NCBI GenBank assembly: GCA_017381865.1
Contig: JAFOBJ010000085.1
Coordinates: 5,613 to 69,612 of the forward strand
Length of the DNA: 64,000 bases
Source: Bacteroidales bacterium
GTDB taxonomy: Bacteria > Bacteroidota > Bacteroidia > Bacteroidales > F082
Direction of reading: 5' to 3'
Both the position numbers and the translations under genes were made by a program. Position 1 is the stretch's first letter; every line of letters begins with the position of its first letter. This document shows positions 45,718-53,221 of this stretch, one piece after another. A model generated the notes under the pieces. The model worked only from the letters and a program-made list of their open reading frames with translations. It searched no databases and had not been told where the DNA came from.

Positions 45718-48309
45718 ATGAAGAAGTTAGTATTTTTATTTCTCTCTTTATTTATGATTGTTTCTGTTCAGGCGCAGACAGTCATAGAAAAAGATTTTAA
45801 TGATTATCAAGAAGATGCTATCTTAAATGGTCAAGATAATTGGGTTGCCAAGGCACATAGCGCAGGCGGCGGACAATTTAAGGTAGAATATTTAGGTGCT
45901 GGCGGACAAACTTCACCAGACGAGTCGTTAGCTGTTTTCTTTGATAATGCTAACACAAACTATGGTGAAGTTGCAACACACAAATCGACACCTGATTTTC
46001 AATTTGATTTTTCAGAAGGCGGAACTATAGAAATTGAGTTAGACATTTTGCGTAACCACTGGGGAACTGTTTTCGGAGTTGGTTATGATGCTGACGGCGA
46101 CGGCGTTGTTTTGCCACCAATGAATTATGAAACAACAGAGCCAAATCCAAATTTGTCGAGCAAAGACGGCGGTATTTATTTTACTACAACAGGTTTTGAT
46201 GAAAGACCTAAATTTGTGAATGGTATTGTATTGCCTAACAATAAGTTAGCTGTCGACTTCGATTATGAACAAAAAGGATGGTCACGTTGGAAAATCATGA
46301 TTGACCTTGAAGCTAATGATGGAGCAGGTAGCGTTACTTTATTCGCTGACTATGGCTGTACAGGTGAATTCCAGCCAGTTCCAGAAGTTCAAGGTATCAA
46401 TGCAGGCTTAAAGCCAGGTTCAGGCGACCGTTTCGACCCTGCTATGTGGGATGGAATATTCTTCTTGAACAGTTCTCATGCAGGATACGATAACTTATTG
46501 GTTCGTCATATTCCAGCAGGTTTGTCATCACAATTCATCGATTTCCCTCATATTTCTGACCAACTTATTTCAGCAGAACCTATAAAATTGAACGCTACTG
46601 CAACATCAAATCTTCCTGTTTCTTTTGAACTTATCAGCGGACCAGCTACATTAGAAGATAATGTGTTGACACTCACAGGTGAAGAAGGTATTGTTAAAGT
46701 TAAAGCTGTTCAAAACGGCGATGCGACACAATGGCAAGCAGCTCCTTCAGTGACTCGTACATTTGAAGTTATTGATCCTAGCAAATATACTCCAGAAATC
46801 ACAATTCGTCGTCCTTACGACGGAACAATGGTTTATGTCAGCGACCTCGAATCACCTATTATCATATCTTTAAGCGCATACATCGAACACGGCGACGCTA
46901 TCAAATTCGAGTCAGTGACATGCGACATCGACGGCGAAACTGTTGAATTAATGACATCTTATCCTAATAATCCAGAAAACGGTTATTGGTATACACAATG
47001 GACTCCTTCTAAATACGGAGTATACAATATGACCGCAACTATCGAACAATCAGGAGGAAAAGTTACAAGCGTTTCAAATACTTTTGAAGTTACAAACGAA
47101 TTCGATAATATCAGCGTTACAGCTTTCGATGGCGACTTTGCAGTGACACCAAGCATGCAATACAATTACAAAGAATATGTATTTCCAACACACGTCAATG
47201 CTTTCAACAAAATTGATTTGATATATCAACACAATTGTGTTAATGGCAATTGCGATCCATACGACAGAGTAGGCCATTGCCGTATCAAAAACTATCGCGG
47301 TGAATGGATTGAACTTTATCGTTATGTGACACCATTCGGCGGAGAATGCGACGATAAAATGGACGTAACTGATTATACATCATTGCTTCAAGGTTTGGTT
47401 GAATTTGAACTTTATTTCCAAACATGGGACGGACAAGGTTACACTCCAACAGCGATATTTGATATGACAAAAGGAAAGCCAGAATATAAATATATCAATA
47501 TGAATGAGATATGGAATGGTATATATGATTTCGGCGATTACAGAAACAGACAGCCTGTTCCAGTTCAAATATACACTTTCTCAGAAGAAGTTGAAAAAGC
47601 TAACTTGAAGATTACCACAACCGGACACAATTGGAGCAGCGGCAATAACGGAGCTTACAACACAAATAATGCAGCCGAATTCTACGAAGGTACTCATAAC
47701 ATCCTCATCAATGATGAAAAAGCTTATGAACAACATTTGTGGAGAAAATGTAATCCTAATCCAGCTGGATGTCAGCCACAAAACGGAACTTGGACTTACG
47801 ATCGTTCAGGATGGTGCCCAGGTTCATTGGCTATGGTATGGGATTACAGCCTCGATCAATATATTGCAGACAGCACAATCAAATTGTTCTATCAATTAGA
47901 TCCATCATACATAGATGAATGCCATCCAAATTATCCTGATTGTGTTAATGGACAAAATTTCTGTCCTAACTGTTTGGCTGCCGACAATCCTATTTTAAGA
48001 GTGTCAGCTAAAGTTGTTACATACAGCAACGACATTGATGCTATTTATGTTACAGCTGGTGTAGAAGAAAACAAAGCTCCATTTGAAGTAGGTTTGTTCC
48101 CAAATCCAGCTACCGATGCTTTAAGATTGACAACAGATTACGACAAAGGATACGTTTGCGTACATATTGTAAATATGCAAGGACAAGAAGTTCGTAACTT
48201 TGTTTTTGAAGGAAGCACGATATTAGATATTTCAGATTTAGCTCCTGGAATGTATTTCGTTAACGTAATCGGAGGACAAGTCGTTACAAAGAAACTTGTT
48301 GTTAGATAA
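45718..48309 (+). CDS. Large secreted T9SS cargo protein, possibly with a PNGase F-like region
   Basis: Signal peptide. The Cys-rich region YDRSGWCPGSLAM resembles peptide-N-glycosidase F-related proteins (from memory only). C-terminus LFPNPATDALRL...GMYFVNV is a T9SS CTD. Confidence 0.45.
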   Translation: MKKLVFLFLSLFMIVSVQAQTVIEKDFNDYQEDAILNGQDNWVAKAHSAGGGQFKVEYLGAGGQTSPDESLAVFFDNANTNYGEVATHKSTPDFQFDFSEGGTIEIELDILRNHWGTVFGVGYDADGDGVVLPPMNYETTEPNPNLSSKDGGIYFTTTGFDERPKFVNGIVLPNNKLAVDFDYEQKGWSRWKIMIDLEANDGAGSVTLFADYGCTGEFQPVPEVQGINAGLKPGSGDRFDPAMWDGIFFLNSSHAGYDNLLVRHIPAGLSSQFIDFPHISDQLISAEPIKLNATATSNLPVSFELISGPATLEDNVLTLTGEEGIVKVKAVQNGDATQWQAAPSVTRTFEVIDPSKYTPEITIRRPYDGTMVYVSDLESPIIISLSAYIEHGDAIKFESVTCDIDGETVELMTSYPNNPENGYWYTQWTPSKYGVYNMTATIEQSGGKVTSVSNTFEVTNEFDNISVTAFDGDFAVTPSMQYNYKEYVFPTHVNAFNKIDLIYQHNCVNGNCDPYDRVGHCRIKNYRGEWIELYRYVTPFGGECDDKMDVTDYTSLLQGLVEFELYFQTWDGQGYTPTAIFDMTKGKPEYKYINMNEIWNGIYDFGDYRNRQPVPVQIYTFSEEVEKANLKITTTGHNWSSGNNGAYNTNNAAEFYEGTHNILINDEKAYEQHLWRKCNPNPAGCQPQNGTWTYDRSGWCPGSLAMVWDYSLDQYIADSTIKLFYQLDPSYIDECHPNYPDCVNGQNFCPNCLAADNPILRVSAKVVTYSNDIDAIYVTAGVEENKAPFEVGLFPNPATDALRLTTDYDKGYVCVHIVNMQGQEVRNFVFEGSTILDISDLAPGMYFVNVIGGQVVTKKLVVR

Positions 48310-48335
48310 TGCATAATTCATAATGCATAATTAAA
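48308..48335 (+). repeat. 7-nt-period array (TAATGCA TAATTCA TAATGCA TAATTAA)
   Basis: Read directly. Contains AATTCATAATGCATAATT, which also occurs at 63847-63864 and, as a 17-mer, at 16593-16609. Confidence 0.9.
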
Positions 48336-48367
48336 GCCGCTATTTTTTAAGTAGCGGCTTTTTTTTG
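48333..48367. terminator. Hairpin terminator
   Basis: AAAGCCGCTA ... TAGCGGCTTT followed by T8, between convergent genes. Confidence 0.7.
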
Positions 48368-48390
48368 AACAAAAAATTATGAAATGGTTA

Positions 48391-48993
48391 TTAATTTATT
48401 TTAAGAACTTCAGGTTTTTCAACGTTCAAGATTTCAAATAATTGTTGAATATCAGTATTTGATACGCCAGCTGAAAAAGCCATTTCCTGTAATTCATTAT
48501 AATTAGGACTTACGCCATAACATTTTCTATAATGATAGTCGTACCTTATGTAAGCTTTGAAATAATAAAATATACCGCGAGGTTCTATCATTAATGCAGC
48601 ATCAATATATTCTTCAATTTTGTTTATTTCTGGACGTTGCAGTAAAAAAGCTTTCCTGCCTTTTAAAATGCAAATCGCAGCATAAAAATATACTTCAGCA
48701 TTGTCAAAATTATCTTCAATAGCTTTTTCAAATGCAAGCAAAGCCTTGTCGTATAATTTTAATCGTAGATAACACATAGCAATAGATGTATTCAAATTGT
48801 AATCATCTGGATGTTCATCTAAAGCTTTTCTGTAACTATTCGCATATTTATTGATTTCAGGTAATGGCATGGAAGCGACACTGTTGAATGTTGTTATGAC
48901 AACAGGTCTGTTGCACCATTCGCAAATATTTTGTCCTGTAGATACTGGCATTCCGCATCCTGGACATTTGATATCTAAAACATCTACACTCAT
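48391..48993 (-). CDS. Zinc-ribbon plus TPR-like repeat protein
   Basis: CPGCGMPV...CEWCNRPV (CxxC-x13-CxxC) followed by helical repeats (YRKALDEHPDDYN, YDKALLAFEKAIE). The ATG shares one nt with the upstream stop (TAATG). Confidence 0.55.
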   Translation of the reverse strand: MSVDVLDIKCPGCGMPVSTGQNICEWCNRPVVITTFNSVASMPLPEINKYANSYRKALDEHPDDYNLNTSIAMCYLRLKLYDKALLAFEKAIEDNFDNAEVYFYAAICILKGRKAFLLQRPEINKIEEYIDAALMIEPRGIFYYFKAYIRYDYHYRKCYGVSPNYNELQEMAFSAGVSNTDIQQLFEILNVEKPEVLKIN

Positions 48994-49673
48994 TATTGTT
49001 GATTTTTAAGCTTTATATTTCTTTCTGTAACTATTTTTAAAAGATTAGCAGAAATCGTTTTTATTGATTCTTTATTGTCTGCAGCAACAGCATTTTCTAA
49101 TTCAGATATTGTGTTGAGAATTTTTATCTCAATATCATAAACATTTTTATTACTTTTTGATGGAGAAGAACTGACAGCGTCATAGCATTTGTCTATGATT
49201 TTTCTTGTTGATAAATCAGTCGAATTTTGTGACAATAATCTGAGTTTGTAAGAACAGTCTTTTATATATGATATTTCTTGATCTTGTCTTGCCATTGAAT
49301 CTGCTGTATGTTCATTGGCAAGGAGGTTTGACAGCCATAATATGACAAAGATAGCTGCTAGAATTGATTGCGAGCTGAGAGCTATAGCAATACCTTCTAA
49401 ATTGAGAAATATGAAAACACAGCCGACGATGAGTTCTATAACAAAGTATTTCCATGTTATAAATACTGTCGATGCTTCATATCCATTTTTGCCGCTTCCT
49501 TTTTTGTTGGTAAATATTGACAAAACAAATATCAGATATGAAAAATGTATGAAACCATACGATATCCACACCGAATTGTGATTATTTGCAATGTCTCCAA
49601 ATAGGAAAAACAAAAGATTGAATATTATTAAAAATATTGATAATATTGTAAATAATAAGAAATTCTTTTTCAT
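48993..49673 (-). CDS. Four-TM membrane protein with cytoplasmic helical tail
   Basis: Four hydrophobic helices in the first 120 aa, then a coiled-coil-like region. Tightly packed between the SPFH and zinc-ribbon genes. Confidence 0.5.
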   Translation of the reverse strand: MKKNFLLFTILSIFLIIFNLLFFLFGDIANNHNSVWISYGFIHFSYLIFVLSIFTNKKGSGKNGYEASTVFITWKYFVIELIVGCVFIFLNLEGIAIALSSQSILAAIFVILWLSNLLANEHTADSMARQDQEISYIKDCSYKLRLLSQNSTDLSTRKIIDKCYDAVSSSPSKSNKNVYDIEIKILNTISELENAVAADNKESIKTISANLLKIVTERNIKLKNQQ

Positions 49674-49677
49674 AGCT

Positions 49678-50952
49678 TTATATATTTGGTGTTACAGGAG
49701 GTGGAGGAGGTGTTGGCCTTCCTTGATTGAACAAATTCTGGATTTCAGTATTTTTTGCAGGAATCCATTCTGCAAGACCTTCTTTCCAAACAAGTGTGTC
49801 AGGTGTTAACTGACCTGATTGTATGAATTGTTTAACTATTTGTAAATCAAAAGGTCCCATTTGCATATTATTTATGTACAAATAATATTTTGTTTCATTT
49901 TGATTTATTGGTGGCGGTGTCACTGTATTTGTTTGCTGAGGTGTTATTATCTGATTTGCCATGTTGCCAAATGCATTTCCTGCTCCCAAACCCATGCCTA
50001 AACCTGCTCCTGCAGAAGCAATGCCGCCGGCACCTGGATTGACAGATATGTTTTTGAGAATTTCAACAGTTTGTTGTTTGCCCCAGTTTTCACCCAAAGT
50101 TTGCATAACACCCAAATCACCTTGTGCAATATTAATTTTTGCCTTGGCTTCAGCTTGTGATTCAATGTCTCTAGCCATACCTTGTAAAGTGGCGTCACGG
50201 GTTATGTCTTTATTTGCTCTAACTCTTTCAATAAAGTCGTCAAGTATGTTAATGGCTACTATTGAAAATTTCACTAACTGGATACCATATTCCGATATGC
50301 TTTCATCAACTTCTGGCTGAATGTTTTTGGAAATGGATCTTGTCTGGTTTATGGCATCCAACATAGTATTTGGATATGCACGAAGAATATTATATGTGAC
50401 TTCTCTTATTATAGAAGACAATTCTCCACCCCAATATTCATTCATTTCTGCTTCGCTCTTGAAATAAATATTGTTTCCAAGTAGCTTTTTTAAACATAAT
50501 GTAGGGTTGGATATCTTAATCTTATAGACTGCCGCTATACCTAATTTCGCTTCCTGATTATAAATTCTGTCTTCTATTTCAATTGGTGTTTCTGTACCCC
50601 ATTTTATTTCTTTTGAATCTCCTTCTCTGAACCAGTGTACTCTACAATTGAATGAACTTACACCTCCAGAGAGCATATTTCTTAACCTGCTTATGAACGG
50701 ATAATTTTCTGTTGACAAGACATATCTTCCGTTAGTGAATTCTTCTTGTATTACTCCGTTTTTTTCAAATAAGGCAACTTCTCCAGGATGTACTATCAAT
50801 GTACTGCCTGTGTTAAAGTCTTCACGAGGATCAATTGAATAGAGAAGCTCTCCATCCGATTGATTCTCAATAACATCTTGAAAACTTTTTTCTCCGCGAT
50901 TGTATGCGGCTTCTTTGGGATCTTTGTCCCTTGTTATACCTAACCAACCCAT
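49678..50952 (-). CDS. SPFH (stomatin/prohibitin/flotillin-like, COG4260/YdjI-like) protein with Gly-rich linker and C-terminal GYF_2-like domain
   Basis: The N-terminal 270 aa resemble the so-called virion core protein / SPFH family. GAGGIASAGAGLGMGLGAGNAFG linker. C-terminus YYLYINNMQMGPFDLQIVKQFIQSGQLTPDTLVWKEGLAEWIPA is GYF_2-like; Pro-rich tail. Confidence 0.65.
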   Translation of the reverse strand: MGWLGITRDKDPKEAAYNRGEKSFQDVIENQSDGELLYSIDPREDFNTGSTLIVHPGEVALFEKNGVIQEEFTNGRYVLSTENYPFISRLRNMLSGGVSSFNCRVHWFREGDSKEIKWGTETPIEIEDRIYNQEAKLGIAAVYKIKISNPTLCLKKLLGNNIYFKSEAEMNEYWGGELSSIIREVTYNILRAYPNTMLDAINQTRSISKNIQPEVDESISEYGIQLVKFSIVAINILDDFIERVRANKDITRDATLQGMARDIESQAEAKAKINIAQGDLGVMQTLGENWGKQQTVEILKNISVNPGAGGIASAGAGLGMGLGAGNAFGNMANQIITPQQTNTVTPPPINQNETKYYLYINNMQMGPFDLQIVKQFIQSGQLTPDTLVWKEGLAEWIPAKNTEIQNLFNQGRPTPPPPPVTPNI

Positions 50953-51043
50953 AATAATTGTTTTTAAATTCTTATTAATTGATTCTTTAGTAAATGATTT
51001 CTATTGGCTTTGTATTGTCAATAAAAGGACTTTGGATAAAAAA

Positions 51044-51073
51044 AACTTTGTTGAAAATAATCCCAACAAAGTT
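51044..51073 (-). terminator. Strong hairpin terminator between the switch-proximal unit and the SPFH operon
   Basis: AACTTTGTTG / CAACAAAGTT 10-bp stem with a 10-nt loop. On the minus strand it is followed by a run of 7 T (complement of the A run at 51037-51043). Confidence 0.6.
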
Positions 51074-51082
51074 CTTTTTGAG

Positions 51083-51208
51083 TTATTGAAAAATGACATT
51101 TACAATAAATGTAATACAATTTAATTGCAACAAAGACCTTAGCAAATCTTTGGATCTGTGTAATGTTCTTTCTTTACAATAATTTTGTATCAATTCATCT
51201 TCTGTCAT
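51083..51208 (-). CDS. Possible 41-aa ORF translationally coupled to the upstream gene
   Basis: ATG (51206-51208) immediately follows the TAA of the 223-aa gene. Encodes MTEDELIQNYCKERTLHRSKDLLRSLLQLNCITFIVNVIFQ. Below the ORF-track cutoff, so found by hand translation. Confidence 0.2.
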   Translation of the reverse strand: MTEDELIQNYCKERTLHRSKDLLRSLLQLNCITFIVNVIFQ

Positions 51209-51880
51209 TTAGCTTTTCTTTTCGCGTAATTTGTTCTTCATGGCTTTGATAGTTCTTTCTATTTCTTCATCATTTCTGTCTAAAGCACATGAAACCTTAT
51301 CACCTGGTACAACCATTTGGAATCTTGTTGTATTGATATTTTCAACTTTTTCTTTATTACCTTTGTTGTCGTAAATTGGAACTTCTTCTGTTTCAGATGT
51401 TGTAGAGAAGTTTACGATGTCTTTGTAGAAGTATTCGTCTGTACTTTCTTTTTTGCTAACATCATCTAAATTAAATGTATATTGATAGAAATATACTTGA
51501 GTATCAGAAAATAAAATACAAGAAACTTGATAACGTGAACTTCTCCATAATTGATCTTTTCCTTTTTTTGACCAAGATTTATCGTAAACGTAACCTTCAA
51601 AAATTACTGGAGGTACTTCACTTACTTGACTGAGATCCAATCCGTGTTTGTCTAATGCTTTTTGTTGAACATTCAATGCTGCAACTTTCTTTGCAACCAT
51701 TTCATCGTATTCTTCGTCTTTCATAATACGAGCAAGGAGACCTTGACGTAAGAAATAACGGATAACTTTTTTCTGTTCATCGTTTTTACCTTTGTAAGTT
51801 TCTTTTAACCACTTTGGGTCGCTGCTAAGATAAAGATAACCGATAGCACCCAAAACTAATAAAGCAATAATGCCGCCCAT
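51209..51880 (-). CDS. Hypothetical N-terminally membrane-anchored protein (223 aa), first gene downstream of the putative invertible promoter
   Basis: TM helix GGIIALLVLGAIGYLYL, then a soluble domain with beta-rich (PH-like?) character and a basic C-terminal helix. No family recognised. Confidence 0.55.
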   Translation of the reverse strand: MGGIIALLVLGAIGYLYLSSDPKWLKETYKGKNDEQKKVIRYFLRQGLLARIMKDEEYDEMVAKKVAALNVQQKALDKHGLDLSQVSEVPPVIFEGYVYDKSWSKKGKDQLWRSSRYQVSCILFSDTQVYFYQYTFNLDDVSKKESTDEYFYKDIVNFSTTSETEEVPIYDNKGNKEKVENINTTRFQMVVPGDKVSCALDRNDEEIERTIKAMKNKLREKKS

Positions 51881-51975
51881 AATTTGTTTGTTTTTTATTT
51901 GTTACTGATGCCAATTATACATATCAATATACTGTGGCATCAATTAACAGAATACTGACATATTAAACTTATTTA

Positions 51976-51995
51976 ATCTCTGTGTAAGAGATTTG
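51976..51995. repeat. Left arm of a perfect 20-bp inverted repeat (ATCTCTGTGTAAGAGATTTG)
   Basis: Exact reverse complement of 52133-52152. Confidence 0.95.
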
Positions 51996-52132
51996 CCAGC
52001 TCAAATAGAAAAAAATGTATAATTTATGGGAATAAAAAATTAGTGTTAATCTAAAGTTATCAACTTTTAAAAAAAAAATCATGTATTCTTTGTTGTAAAA
52101 CAAAAAAAAGTGTTATGTTTGCAACATAAACT

Positions 52133-52152
52133 CAAATCTCTTACACAGAGAT
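52133..52152. repeat. Right arm of the 20-bp inverted repeat (CAAATCTCTTACACAGAGAT)
   Basis: Exact reverse complement of 51976-51995. Confidence 0.95.
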
Positions 52153-52156
52153 ATTA

Positions 52157-53104
52157 TCATAATAATTTGATTATCATACTATTAGTATTATCTATAACAT
52201 TATTGTCTATTGTTGACAAATATATCTGTGTAGTGAGTTCTGAGTTATGTCCCAGGCTGTCGCTAATCACTGAAATCGGTATGTTTTTTCCTTTTGCGAT
52301 GCTTGCCCAAGAATGGCGGGCTACATACATCGTCAATGAATTTTGCAAGGAAATATTCTCACCTAACTTTTTCAAATGATAGTTTACCTTCTGACTGGCT
52401 CGCAGATATTGTTTCCTTTCGTCAACATTACAGTGCGAATCTATAATCGGCAATAAATACTGCGAATTACTGGTGTCATATTTGTCTACAATATCTTGCA
52501 TACATTTTTCCCACCTTATAAATAATTGTTGTTTCGTTTTGCGCCGATGGTACGATAAGATGCCTTGTTTTAAATCTTTTTTCTGCAAATATGCCATATC
52601 TACGAAAGACATACCTCTGGTGTAGAACGAAAATAAAAACATATTACGAGCAAAATCTAATGACGAATCTGACGATAAATCAATGGATTTGATAACTCTG
52701 ATGGTATTTAATGACACAGAACGTTTGATGGTTTTGTCAATGCCGGTATAAACTTTTTTGAATGGAAATTGTTGTTTTGTAAGATTATAGTTTACAGCTT
52801 TATTGTAAATGGCTCTGAAAGTTCTCATGTAAAAAGAAGAACTGTTGAGGCAGATGCCGTTGTCTTTCAGGTAAGATTCGTACGACATTATCATTTGCGC
52901 ATTTAGTTCTGCAAATGTTAAATCTTTGTCATTTCTGAAACGCTTGAAACTGTTTGATGTTGATTGGTATGTTTCTGATGTACGGTTTTTTCCCGATTTT
53001 TTTAAATCGAAAATGATATTGTCCATAAATTCAAATACTGAAATCTGATTGTCTGGATAATTTTCATTTTCATGACATACATTTTGTTTTTTAGAAATTT
53101 TCAA
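52157..53104 (-). CDS. Tyrosine-type site-specific recombinase (integrase family), candidate invertase
   Basis: SAM-like N-domain (YESYLKDNGICLNSSSFYMRTFRAIYNKAV). Catalytic region ARHSWAS...LGHNSELTTQIYL (R, HxxR, H, Y). The ORF opens at TTG 53104; the first ATG is at 53026. Confidence 0.85.
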   Translation of the reverse strand: MKISKKQNVCHENENYPDNQISVFEFMDNIIFDLKKSGKNRTSETYQSTSNSFKRFRNDKDLTFAELNAQMIMSYESYLKDNGICLNSSSFYMRTFRAIYNKAVNYNLTKQQFPFKKVYTGIDKTIKRSVSLNTIRVIKSIDLSSDSSLDFARNMFLFSFYTRGMSFVDMAYLQKKDLKQGILSYHRRKTKQQLFIRWEKCMQDIVDKYDTSNSQYLLPIIDSHCNVDERKQYLRASQKVNYHLKKLGENISLQNSLTMYVARHSWASIAKGKNIPISVISDSLGHNSELTTQIYLSTIDNNVIDNTNSMIIKLL

Positions 53105-53221
53105 AAAATCTCTTAACGCATAAATGATTTTTTTTTCATGATAGTTGATTTTTATTATGGGAATAAAAAGATAGAATACAAAGATGTACTCTATCGTGTT
53201 AATAAATCTTATTTAGGATTT

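Larger units (their letters stand above)
51976..52152. promoter_or_regulatory. Putative invertible promoter element (phase-variation switch), currently pointing away from the 51880 gene
   Basis: 20-bp IRs flank a 137-bp segment carrying TTTG (52089-52092), a 21-nt spacer and TATGTTTG (52114-52121) on the plus strand. A tyrosine recombinase gene ends 4 nt from the right arm. Confidence 0.6.

Noticed and set aside
50953-51043. A dedicated promoter for the SPFH operon in the gap upstream of 50952.
   Set aside because: No TAnnTTTG / TTTG pair is present on the minus strand. The only sigma70-like word (TTGACA) lacks a matching -10 and is not the Bacteroidetes consensus. The promoter question is left open rather than annotated.
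52157-53104. The tyrosine recombinase as the integrase of a prophage, ICE or transposon.
   Set aside because: No phage structural, conjugation, mobilisation or transposition genes flank it. There is no tRNA gene, and there are no direct repeats of the att type. What lies next to it instead is a short IR-flanked promoter segment, which fits an invertase role better.
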